Virus record (IMG/VR): IMGVR_UViG_3300047469_000103
Coordinates: 128,001-192,000 of that record
Direction: 5' to 3' (one strand)
Origin: a virus
Taxonomy: Duplodnaviria > Caudoviricetes
DNA length: 64,000 nucleotides
The position numbers and the translations under genes were made by a program. Position 1 is the stretch's first letter. Each line of letters opens with the position of its first letter. Below are positions 51,612 through 59,508 of the stretch, piece by piece. The notes beneath the pieces were generated by a model. The model did not search any database. It was not told where the DNA came from and saw only the letters and a list, made by a program, of their open reading frames with translations.

Positions 51612-52165
51612 TTCTGCATCACCATACGCACGGCAGCTTTTGTACCGAGCGAGTAGAAAACATGTGATAGTTTTTGACGGGATTCGAATTCTGCTTGCAC
51701 TTCCTCAAGGCTGATTGGCCCCATGTTGGTATGCTCCAGCGAAACGTTCATGTAGCGACGATCTTTTACAAGCGTGCTATGCAAATGTCCGTGTAGATTT
51801 CGTTTGCCGCGCAAGTGGTCAGGATGCAACGGGGCGTGAGTCATAATCAGACTTTTCCACCGGTACATGCTATGAACACTATTTACAGTTTTCAACTGGC
51901 TGATAAATTCCGCACTCACGTATTCGGTACAATGGTTGCCGAGAATCACAACCTTTTTACCGGGGAAACTATCGAAGCGTTCCCAACCTTCTTTCGTGAA
52001 TGCAATGTCGCCTAAAACGTAAGTCGTATCGCGCTTGTTACTGCGCACTTGTTCACGCCACCGCATTTCTACAAAATCATCGTGCGCTTCCACGGATGGA
52101 AAATTGCGGTACGTGTGAATTTGTTTGTGGCCCAAATGCAGGTCTGCACATCCGAATGCGCCCAT
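51587..52165 (-). CDS. calcineurin-like metallophosphoesterase
   Basis: ADLHLGH, LGD, LGNH, THAP, HGHLH motifs. Confidence 0.9.
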   Translation of the reverse strand: MGAFGCADLHLGHKQIHTYRNFPSVEAHDDFVEMRWREQVRSNKRDTTYVLGDIAFTKEGWERFDSFPGKKVVILGNHCTEYVSAEFISQLKTVNSVHSMYRWKSLIMTHAPLHPDHLRGKRNLHGHLHSTLVKDRRYMNVSLEHTNMGPISLEEVQAEFESRQKLSHVFYSLGTKAAVRMVMQKCKTKLKF

Positions 52166-52671
52166 TACAAGTCCTTGTTATATTTTGGATTGGCGATTTG
52201 TAGCATCAAAGTTTCGGCATGGCTGGTGTACGATTGAACTTCCCACAACAGGCCGTCGTAGAAAATGCTTTCGGTAAAAATAACGAATTTCTTCAGCATC
52301 GCCAGCAAGTCAGGATAGCTGGTGATTCGCAGATTACCGGAGCCGAGATATTCCGCCTGTGCGGTTTCAGTGCCGATTACAATATCCGTTGCCGACGTGA
52401 CCACATCATCTTTAAACGTGCGCCAGTTGTTGTGGCAGAAAATCGTCGGCTGCAATTCAGTGTTGTCGTGTTTCACGTAGAGCGTCATCGGTGAACGTTC
52501 GTATTCACCTGCAATCTTTTCGTCTTTGTTTCCGTTGCGGTCGTTTGCAGTGTTCCACAATTCCCAACCACCGGAACGCGTAGCCATCAGACGCACGGAA
52601 TACGGCAGGTTGAAAAGTTCGTACAACCGATTGTTCGCGGCGATTACAACGTCATGGTAGGAGTTGTGCAT
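52165..52671 (-). CDS. hypothetical protein
   Basis: ORF in gene chain. Confidence 0.8.
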   Translation of the reverse strand: MHNSYHDVVIAANNRLYELFNLPYSVRLMATRSGGWELWNTANDRNGNKDEKIAGEYERSPMTLYVKHDNTELQPTIFCHNNWRTFKDDVVTSATDIVIGTETAQAEYLGSGNLRITSYPDLLAMLKKFVIFTESIFYDGLLWEVQSYTSHAETLMLQIANPKYNKDL

Positions 52672-53041
52672 TTCGTTCTTCCATCAAAATGAAAAGATTT
52701 GTGATGTTTACTTCGCGGCCACTGTCTTCCAACTGCTTGCGGTATTCTTGGCCGTCGTAAATCTTGCTGACCGCGCCCCACAGTTTATCCATGCCGAACT
52801 TTTCAACAAAGAAGTCACAGCCGCGCTGATAACGACGATTCATCATTTCCAACATTTCAGTGTCGTTCCGTTTAACAGCGGAATGCAGCAGAATAAATTC
52901 CAACTGGGACAGGCGAGGGCAGTACGTCTTTTCATGTACAACTTCTGCCATCGCTTTGCCGAGTTCTTCAAACGGGTTTTTGCGGTTGTGATCTTCCAGC
53001 ACCTGTTTGATGTGGTTGCGCAGTTCGTCTTTGTTCGACAT
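52652..53041 (-). CDS. hypothetical protein
   Basis: ORF in gene chain. Confidence 0.8.
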   Translation of the reverse strand: MSNKDELRNHIKQVLEDHNRKNPFEELGKAMAEVVHEKTYCPRLSQLEFILLHSAVKRNDTEMLEMMNRRYQRGCDFFVEKFGMDKLWGAVSKIYDGQEYRKQLEDSGREVNITNLFILMEERNAQLLP

Positions 53042-53051
53042 GGATATTTCC

Positions 53052-53522
53052 TTACGCCACGAGTTTATCTGCGAGCGCTAAAACGTCAGTGAAGTGTCCG
53101 GCGTTGGCAGCTTCCATTGCGTAATCTGCCAAATCAAGACCAGTAGTATTTGCATAGGCGCGAACGGCAGCATACATCGGGTATTTCTGCCACACCGGAA
53201 CTTTCAGAACCGTCATTGCTTCGAAGAAAATCGCATCGCATTGTTCGCGAGTGATGTACACGATTACGCCGTTAACCATTACCTGTCGCGTGGTGCAAAG
53301 GTAATCGTGAATTACTGCGGCTTTTCCGTACTTGCCATTCGGCGGCAACAGCCAGCGAATCCACCACGGGGTCGATGCCAAATCGGTACGATAACCAACC
53401 GGCACGTCTACGCTGATTCCGGTTCCGAGTGCGCCAATGATGTAGGCGAACAATTGCCAAATAACGTAATGGATTCCGTCGTCTTCAAATTCCGCAACGA
53501 GGGGAGTTGTGAAACTACTCAT
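53052..53522 (-). CDS. DUF1353 family protein
   Basis: VPVGYRTDLASTP...GKYGKAAVIHDYLC...CDAIFFEAM...MYAAVR. Confidence 0.85.
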   Translation of the reverse strand: MSSFTTPLVAEFEDDGIHYVIWQLFAYIIGALGTGISVDVPVGYRTDLASTPWWIRWLLPPNGKYGKAAVIHDYLCTTRQVMVNGVIVYITREQCDAIFFEAMTVLKVPVWQKYPMYAAVRAYANTTGLDLADYAMEAANAGHFTDVLALADKLVA

Positions 53523-53862
53523 TTTTACCTTCTGGATAAAGTGTCAGGCTAATCGCCCAGCGTTCGACGCCGGGGCTAACCATAAAGTTTTCGTGAATGT
53601 CGGTTAAGTCCCAGTCGGAACGTTCCAACAAATGGAATTTTGCAGCCATTACCGGACTGAAAAGCAGCGCACGAATATATGCGTTCTTCACAAACGAAAG
53701 CTGTTCGGAACTGCCATGCACGTGCATGTCTACAGTCAGTGAGTCGCCGCTCAAAGGCAGCGTGATTTTTTCAACAGATGCAGTCATCCATTGGCCCATG
53801 AAAATGCGCACGGTGCCGCCAACGGCTTTAACTTTGGTCAAATGTTCGTAAGATTTATTCAC
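53515..53862 (-). CDS. hypothetical protein
   Basis: Start reassigned to GTG 53862 next to the upstream stop. Confidence 0.7.
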   Translation of the reverse strand: MNKSYEHLTKVKAVGGTVRIFMGQWMTASVEKITLPLSGDSLTVDMHVHGSSEQLSFVKNAYIRALLFSPVMAAKFHLLERSDWDLTDIHENFMVSPGVERWAISLTLYPEGKNE

Positions 53863-53863
53863 T

Positions 53864-54259
53864 TTATTTCGGCACCTGATAAAAGTATTCGAGTCGGAGT
53901 TCGAAGGTAACGGCAAGCACGCCGCACACGGGTTCATAGCCCAGCATCTTGTAATCGAAACTATCGAAATAGAAGCCTTCGTAATTAAACGAGAAGTGCC
54001 AGCCTTCCATGTTGTTCTGGTAGCCTTGGCCCACGTCATATAGCAAGCGGCACATGTACTGCGGATGCAATTCAATCCGAATGCGCGTCTTCAGTACGTG
54101 CAATTGACTGGTGCCGAAATTCTCTTCGAAAGATTCAACTTCTTCGACGTTCGCCATGTAGCACGCACCGTTCCAGAACGGCAATTTCATGTCCGAGGTA
54201 GCTGCAATTTTAAAAGCAGATACAAGTTTGGTAAACTGCTTTATTGATTCGACTCGCAT
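53864..54259 (-). CDS. hypothetical protein
   Basis: ORF in gene chain. Confidence 0.75.
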   Translation of the reverse strand: MRVESIKQFTKLVSAFKIAATSDMKLPFWNGACYMANVEEVESFEENFGTSQLHVLKTRIRIELHPQYMCRLLYDVGQGYQNNMEGWHFSFNYEGFYFDSFDYKMLGYEPVCGVLAVTFELRLEYFYQVPK

Positions 54260-54882
54260 TTTATGAATCTCCCAAATCGTTTTTGGATTTCATGTTCGTA
54301 GTGACGCAGGCGCGTGTGCTTGCCGTATTGGTAGTCAGACACCGCCGTGAATTTTATCGTGATGGTTTCGCGTGAATGTTTCGCTGTACCAAACTGTGCG
54401 TCCATGTCGGAAAGATAGAACAGCATTCCGCCAATGTTGACCGGGCGCATTTCATCACCTTTGAACACGGCTTCTGAGAGCGCTTGGTATTTAGCCCAAA
54501 TCTTTTTTTCGTCGCTGTGATACAAAGTCGTGGTAAGTACGAACGTCGGCGGGCAACCGGCGAAACTCATTGTGTGCCCCATCCACTCTACGTTAGTGAC
54601 GCTTTGTTCATGCAGGGCATTGACCGGAACGAACACGTAAGATTCGTCTTTAATATTCAGCAGAATCAGTTTCGGTTTCCGTTTCCCCGCTGGATCAAGG
54701 CAGAAATACCGCATCAATTCGCGCATGCTTTTGTGATACTGCTTGTCGTATTTGAAATACGCCAAACGCTCAGCAAGCGGCACCGGTTTATCAGCTTGTC
54801 GATATTTGATTCGACCGGGCGGCTCTGACTCATCAAAGTCTAAATCGTCTTCTTCGTGGTAATCATGATCGTCATCGCACAT
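54241..54882 (-). CDS. hypothetical protein
   Basis: GAGGA RBS after an intergenic motif. Confidence 0.8.
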   Translation of the reverse strand: MCDDDHDYHEEDDLDFDESEPPGRIKYRQADKPVPLAERLAYFKYDKQYHKSMRELMRYFCLDPAGKRKPKLILLNIKDESYVFVPVNALHEQSVTNVEWMGHTMSFAGCPPTFVLTTTLYHSDEKKIWAKYQALSEAVFKGDEMRPVNIGGMLFYLSDMDAQFGTAKHSRETITIKFTAVSDYQYGKHTRLRHYEHEIQKRFGRFIKCESNQ

Positions 54883-54908
54883 GGCAAGTCCTCTTCAGGT
54901 ATGTCATG

Positions 54909-54919
54909 TATTTACAGTT
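54909..54919 (-). promoter_or_regulatory. putative late-type promoter AACTGTAAATA
   Basis: TAAATA core as in T4 late promoters; 10-mer shared with 13801..13810. Confidence 0.45.
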
Positions 54920-54936
54920 TTACGCACCAACGAAAA

Positions 54937-54967
54937 AGCCCCCGAATCCGAAAGGAAACGAGGGCCG
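54937..54967 (-). terminator. intrinsic terminator
   Basis: GGCCCTCG...CGGGGGCT followed by TTTTCGT. Confidence 0.65.
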
Positions 54968-54970
54968 TCG

Positions 54971-55792
54971 TTAAGCATAGATCAAATCACGCACTTCAAA
55001 ACCTTCAAACGAATGCAACAGAACAAAGTCTGAATAATTCGTCGTTGTGTAAATCGCATCCGCCGTAGCCACTGCACCGTTCGCCAAGGAAAGCGCCGGG
55101 GCATTCAGGTCGGAGAAAACAAAAGTCCACACACCGTTTTTGCAGTTGAAGAAAACAGGCGATTGATCGTCAGTTGCATAGGCAGAAACAACAACGATTT
55201 CTTTAACCGCGTCGTACCACATATCCGTCACAGTGAAACCTTCGATATTCGTAACGCCTTCGGAGACAAGTTGCCCCATGCGCCCGCTGAAAGTTTCCAG
55301 AGTGTTTGGCGTGTTAACCGTCACATGGAATTTATTGCTAAACGCCATGTTAACCACACCTTCGCCCACGGTCACAACGTCCCACAATGGGCCGTACATA
55401 ATCCGACCGTCTGCTGTGCCGAACAGTGGAATTCCATTCACGTTTAACGACGATGTGAAAACCGTTGCGTCTTCGTGAACAGTCTGCCAAGTAGTGCCAT
55501 CAAATGATCGAATACCGAAACCGTTTTCTGCGACATAGAATTTCGTGCCGGAGAAAACCACGTGACTGCACTCACCAAAAACTACATCTTCAGCATTCCA
55601 GTCTTGCTTGTCAGTAGACGTAAAAATCCCTTCGCCTACTGCGACATAAATTCCTTTGCCCGTTGCAATGTCGTTTATTTTTGCTGGAACAGATGCAGGT
55701 ACAAAACCATCAGATGTTTGAACGTAAATTCCATCTTGGTTAGTACCTGAGCCACCGACTACAAATGCTTGTCGTGGAGCAGGTTTTACGAC
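54971..55792 (-). CDS. beta-propeller-like domain, predicted -1 frameshift extension of the 55786..56736 protein
   Basis: 273 open codons; first 77 contain no ATG/GTG/TTG; about seven blade-like repeats (GIYVAVGEGIFTSTDKQDW, FYVAENGFGIRSFDGTTW). Confidence 0.75.
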   Translation of the reverse strand, partial: VVKPAPRQAFVVGGSGTNQDGIYVQTSDGFVPASVPAKINDIATGKGIYVAVGEGIFTSTDKQDWNAEDVVFGECSHVVFSGTKFYVAENGFGIRSFDGTTWQTVHEDATVFTSSLNVNGIPLFGTADGRIMYGPLWDVVTVGEGVVNMAFSNKFHVTVNTPNTLETFSGRMGQLVSEGVTNIEGFTVTDMWYDAVKEIVVVSAYATDDQSPVFFNCKNGVWTFVFSDLNAPALSLANGAVATADAIYTTTNYSDFVLLHSFEGFEVRDLIYA

Positions 55793-55798
55793 TTTTTT
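55745..55798 (-). promoter_or_regulatory. programmed -1 ribosomal frameshift signal: A_AAA_AAG + 7 nt + stem-loop
   Basis: ACA AAA AAG TCG TAA; hairpin ACCTG-CT-CCAC-GAC-N11-GTC-G-GTGG-CT-CAGGT at 55784..55745. Confidence 0.75.
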
Positions 55799-56736
55799 GT
55801 GACGAACGCCGTTGCTTCAACGAGTACAGGTTCACCACTGCCAAACTTCGGCGTAGCGACCAGAACAATCGAGAATTCACCGAGCGGAGAACCAGCTTTA
55901 TTTCGTTCAACGGTTGACGGAATGTAATCGCTGATATGACGGAACGCGTACTGCTGAATCATTTGCGTAACAGACAGGTCGCCGTTGGTTGCCGAGTCAG
56001 CCACAACACGCGAGCCGCTGTTGTACCAAACGTAGTTTTTTGCAGTGCCGTTGTACGCCAGTTGCAAATCCCACTTCAGTGCATTTTCAGTGGCGGTCGG
56101 ATCAACGTCGATCATCAAAGAAATGTCGTACATATCCGTAACGTTTGGCACGTCAGGATTCAGCGAGCCGACGCTAACTGCAAACGTCCAGTTTTCCAGC
56201 GTATCCAATTCGATATCGAACGCGCCAGCGCCGTCACCGTAATAGGTCGCATCGTTGTATTTGCGAATTGCCAAACCCATTTCGATATCGGAGTTTTTAC
56301 CGATTACGAAATCGTCAGCCGGATTACCAATACCCGAAAGCATGTATTGTTTTCCGTCGTCGCCTTCAATAACAAAAGTGATTTCACCTTTGCCTGTTGC
56401 AACAAGCGGTTCATAACCAACGTCACCCAACGCGCCACTTGGAACGAATGGGCCGACAGCAATACAAATACCGCCCAAATACATCGACATGATTTTGCCG
56501 TCGATTGCAGTGGTGATGCCTTCCAGCGTCATTGCAGTTGTTGCGCCGTAATAGTTACTGATCGAAGTACGGAATGCTTGGCTATTAAAAATCTCCAACA
56601 TTTCTTCTTCGGTTACTTGAATGCGGCGGGTCTTCGGAGGGGAACCGGCTTCGTTAATGGCGGCGATGATTTGCGCCAAGACGCCTGTATAATCCTGAAC
56701 TTCCATAAGGGTTTCCTGTGTAATTAAGGAAGACAT
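55786..56736 (-). CDS. acidic beta-rich protein, probable virion component
   Basis: 316 aa; GGGAG RBS and TTTAAATA upstream; ends at the slippery site. Confidence 0.8.
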   Translation of the reverse strand: MSSLITQETLMEVQDYTGVLAQIIAAINEAGSPPKTRRIQVTEEEMLEIFNSQAFRTSISNYYGATTAMTLEGITTAIDGKIMSMYLGGICIAVGPFVPSGALGDVGYEPLVATGKGEITFVIEGDDGKQYMLSGIGNPADDFVIGKNSDIEMGLAIRKYNDATYYGDGAGAFDIELDTLENWTFAVSVGSLNPDVPNVTDMYDISLMIDVDPTATENALKWDLQLAYNGTAKNYVWYNSGSRVVADSATNGDLSVTQMIQQYAFRHISDYIPSTVERNKAGSPLGEFSIVLVATPKFGSGEPVLVEATAFVTKKS

Positions 56737-56746
56737 TATCTCCCTT

Positions 56747-56754
56747 TATTTAAA
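56747..56754 (-). promoter_or_regulatory. putative late promoter TTTAAATA
   Basis: One mismatch to T4 late TATAAATA; intergenic, 10 nt before the ATG. Confidence 0.4.
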
Positions 56755-56773
56755 AGGAGGACTCCCTATTAAA

Positions 56774-57097
56774 TTAGCGCTTTGCTTGATCCATAATGCG
56801 CGACCACATTTCGTTCGTGAAAACTTCTTTGTCGTCATGGAACTTTTCTACGTTATCGCCACACTGCGAACAGAAGTTTACGCGGATGATGTGGCCCGGA
56901 TGTGGCAATGCTTTTCGCGAGGTATTGAATTCGATTACCTGTTCACCGAATTCCTGAAGTTTTTCGCCCCAATCCTTTTTCGATACAGTCTTGCCTGCAA
57001 TCAAAGCGATAATGCACGCGCCCGGTTCACATGGTTTGATTATCCCGGCCTTTACTTCGTCGCGTAGCGTAGCGTTACAGCGTGCAGAAAGTTCCAT
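56774..57097 (-). CDS. hypothetical protein with CxxC
   Basis: VNFCSQCG. Confidence 0.75.
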   Translation of the reverse strand: MELSARCNATLRDEVKAGIIKPCEPGACIIALIAGKTVSKKDWGEKLQEFGEQVIEFNTSRKALPHPGHIIRVNFCSQCGDNVEKFHDDKEVFTNEMWSRIMDQAKR

Positions 57098-57352
57098 TTA
57101 TAGTTCCTCGTATTTAAACAAACGATACGCATGCTTTGTCATTTTCCAGCCTTCCAGCAATGCGACAAAGCCAGCCACCAAAACCAACACGCCCAACACA
57201 CAATAGGCGATTTCATGCTTTGTCATTTCGTGTTCGGTCATCCACTCAATACGCGCGTAGGACACGTAAGCGGAGAATGCGATAAGGGCAATCACTGCCA
57301 GATTAACAGTGGTGACAAACAGCAGAAAAACAATGCTAAAGAAACGATTCAT
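57098..57352 (-). CDS. two-TM membrane protein
   Basis: Start at TAATG overlap 57352 (MNRFFSIV). Confidence 0.75.
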   Translation of the reverse strand: MNRFFSIVFLLFVTTVNLAVIALIAFSAYVSYARIEWMTEHEMTKHEIAYCVLGVLVLVAGFVALLEGWKMTKHAYRLFKYEEL

Positions 57353-57612
57353 TAAAAGTAATCCGGGTAAACGTTCGGGTTGAATAACTTGCGCACCGTG
57401 CGAATGAGCAGACACACGGAAGCGACGATACCAACGCCGAGAAAAAAGAGGGGTAACATCACGCCAGCCGCCATCGAATAAGCGGCATGAACTGCAACGT
57501 CGTCGCGATGAAATTGCGAGTAGATAACGCTCAAAGTAATTCCGGCATAAGCCAGACCAACAGCCGCGATTGTGACGCACACCAACGAAATCACAATATG
57601 AAATAAGCGCAT
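57352..57612 (-). CDS. two-TM membrane protein
   Basis: Two hydrophobic helices; AAGGA RBS. Confidence 0.75.
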   Translation of the reverse strand: MRLFHIVISLVCVTIAAVGLAYAGITLSVIYSQFHRDDVAVHAAYSMAAGVMLPLFFLGVGIVASVCLLIRTVRKLFNPNVYPDYF

Positions 57613-57645
57613 CAGGATAGTCCTTTATTGGTTGGTATACGAAAA

Positions 57646-57675
57646 ACGGGATTTACCGAAAATGGCAAACCCCGC
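57646..57675 (-). terminator. intrinsic terminator
   Basis: GCGGGGTTTGCC-N6-GGTAAATCCCGT followed by TTTTCGT. Confidence 0.65.
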
Positions 57676-57680
57676 TTTTG

Positions 57681-57902
57681 TTAAAACTTCGCTTCTTTTA
57701 CATTCCGATGCACTTGCAGATAAGCGATGATGTAGATCGCACCAATCCACATTGCACCGCCGAGCCACGACAACAGCACGGCTGCATATTCGAAATAGCC
57801 GCCGAGTGAATTGAGGTAGTCGCCCACATAACAAATCAACCATGTAATTAAGCACATGAGAACAACGGTTGCGAACGAAAGTATGTGAGCGAAATTTCTC
57901 AT
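57681..57902 (-). CDS. two-TM membrane protein
   Basis: Two hydrophobic helices, basic C-terminus; TAATG overlap with dcd. Confidence 0.75.
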   Translation of the reverse strand: MRNFAHILSFATVVLMCLITWLICYVGDYLNSLGGYFEYAAVLLSWLGGAMWIGAIYIIAYLQVHRNVKEAKF

Positions 57903-58618
57903 TAGCCGAGCATCCGTGGAAGTGTTGGGATCGCGCTTTGATTCATGTATTTACCGCCTCGTTCGGCATAGGAAGTATCGCATTCCTCATTGCCTTCCAA
58001 GAACAGAATCTGTGCGCAGCCTTCGCCCGCGTAAATCTTTGCAGGCATAGTTGTCGTGTTGCTGAATTCCAAAGTCAGCGAACCTTTCCAGTCCGGTTCT
58101 AGTGGCGTGACGTTTACAATCAGGCCGCAGCGGGCATACGTCGATTTGCCGATGCACAGAACCAAAACGTTTCGCGGAATGTGGAAGTTTTCCGGCGTGT
58201 TCGCCAGAGCAAAACTGTTCGGCGGCAGATACAGTGCTTCACCGTTTGGAATATCCTTTTCAACGAAATTGTCTTCGTTGAAATCTTTCGGATCGACACA
58301 CGAATTGTTGATGTTTGTGAACACCTTGAATTTGTTGCCGACACGAATGTCATAGCCGTAGGAACTGAGGCCATACGGAATGATTTTGCGATCACCGTCG
58401 TGCGTAACTTGCTTGGCAGAAAAAGGCGAGATAATCGGATCGTATTCATACGCCCGCAATTTCAAACCCATTTCTTCGTGCTGTGCGTCCGAGTACATCG
58501 ACCAGAACTTGCCGTCTTTTGAATCGGCCCAGCAGTTGAATTTGCCGTGGCGCATCCATGCAAATTGTGTGCGTGCGACTGCTTTGGAAGCAATCCACTT
58601 ATCTGACATGATGCTCAC
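57902..58618 (-). CDS. dcd: dCTP deaminase with N-terminal insertion
   Basis: [62 protein letters not shown]. Confidence 0.95.
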   Translation of the reverse strand: MSIMSDKWIASKAVARTQFAWMRHGKFNCWADSKDGKFWSMYSDAQHEEMGLKLRAYEYDPIISPFSAKQVTHDGDRKIIPYGLSSYGYDIRVGNKFKVFTNINNSCVDPKDFNEDNFVEKDIPNGEALYLPPNSFALANTPENFHIPRNVLVLCIGKSTYARCGLIVNVTPLEPDWKGSLTLEFSNTTTMPAKIYAGEGCAQILFLEGNEECDTSYAERGGKYMNQSAIPTLPRMLG

Positions 58619-58938
58619 GAAAAGTTCTCCTTTTCTTCAGCAGTTGCCTCACGGATAATGTAATCGGCTTGCGCCTGCACCATCGCGTTTTCGATGTGTT
58701 CGGAATGCCAGCAAATGAACGTGCCATTCATTGTGGACATTACCATCGTGAAAGGTTCGAAAACTTGCGGTGCGAATTGCGGTGCGAATTTCCGAAGCAC
58801 TTCCAGCGCATGTTCGTTGAGATAGTTTTGATTACCATCACCGGCAATGTAATACATGCGGTCGTAAACGCGGCGCAGGCCCAGTGCCAGTTGCTGGATA
58901 ACGTAAGCTGGTGGCAGTTGCTTTTTACCTTCAGTCAT
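58615..58938 (-). CDS. hypothetical protein
   Basis: ORF in gene chain. Confidence 0.75.
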   Translation of the reverse strand: MTEGKKQLPPAYVIQQLALGLRRVYDRMYYIAGDGNQNYLNEHALEVLRKFAPQFAPQVFEPFTMVMSTMNGTFICWHSEHIENAMVQAQADYIIREATAEEKENFS

Positions 58939-58939
58939 T

Positions 58940-59326
58940 TTAATTCCCCCGTGTTCCTACAATTTGAGGCAAACCGTGGCCGCGCTCTTTACACAGACGC
59001 TCAGACAAACGATGCACAGTGAGACGGCCAGCCGAATCGAAAACTTCTTGCTTGTTTTCTTCGTTGTACCAGAATGCAAAGTTTCCGTTTTCGTCGTACA
59101 CAGCGAGGTACGGTTTCTCTTCGTATTTGTCGAGCAGATAAACGAGTTCTTCTGCGACGAATTCTTTGGTGATGGTCGGGTGCGTTTGACCGCCGACAAG
59201 ATAGAACGGATCGGCTGGCTTACGCTCTACGACTGCCTTCAGAGCGTTGTTAATATCCCGTACAAATTCATCACGCATTAATGCGTAAGCTTCTTTGTGC
59301 CGTTCGATCATGCCTTTGATAAACAT
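58940..59326 (-). CDS. hypothetical protein
   Basis: ORF in gene chain. Confidence 0.75.
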   Translation of the reverse strand: MFIKGMIERHKEAYALMRDEFVRDINNALKAVVERKPADPFYLVGGQTHPTITKEFVAEELVYLLDKYEEKPYLAVYDENGNFAFWYNEENKQEVFDSAGRLTVHRLSERLCKERGHGLPQIVGTRGN

Positions 59327-59508
59327 TATTCGCCCCTTACGTGAATGACTTCTAAACCTTTGTCTTCGAAGTCTTTAATGCGTGCGTCGTCATGTGTATA
59401 GACACAGGTAACATCGTCCGCGTGTTCAATCATGATGTAACGCAATTCCTTTACAGTTTTTTCAACTGCTTGCGGATCGCCTTTATTCTGGATGTATATT
59501 TCGATCAT
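59326..59508 (-). CDS. hypothetical protein
   Basis: ATGA overlap with the baseplate hub gene. Confidence 0.7.
   Translation of the reverse strand: MIEIYIQNKGDPQAVEKTVKELRYIMIEHADDVTCVYTHDDARIKDFEDKGLEVIHVRGE

Noticed and set aside
54502-54508. Second in-frame A_AAA_AAG (GAA AAA AAG) in 54241..54882
   Set aside because: The -1 frame stops after three codons (GAT TTG GGC TAA), I saw no 3' hairpin, and no orphan frame needs explaining; useful as a negative control
58445-58582. Intein, intron or translational bypass in dcd
   Set aside because: In-frame, ~45 aa, no stop codon, no Cys/Ser...His-Asn ends
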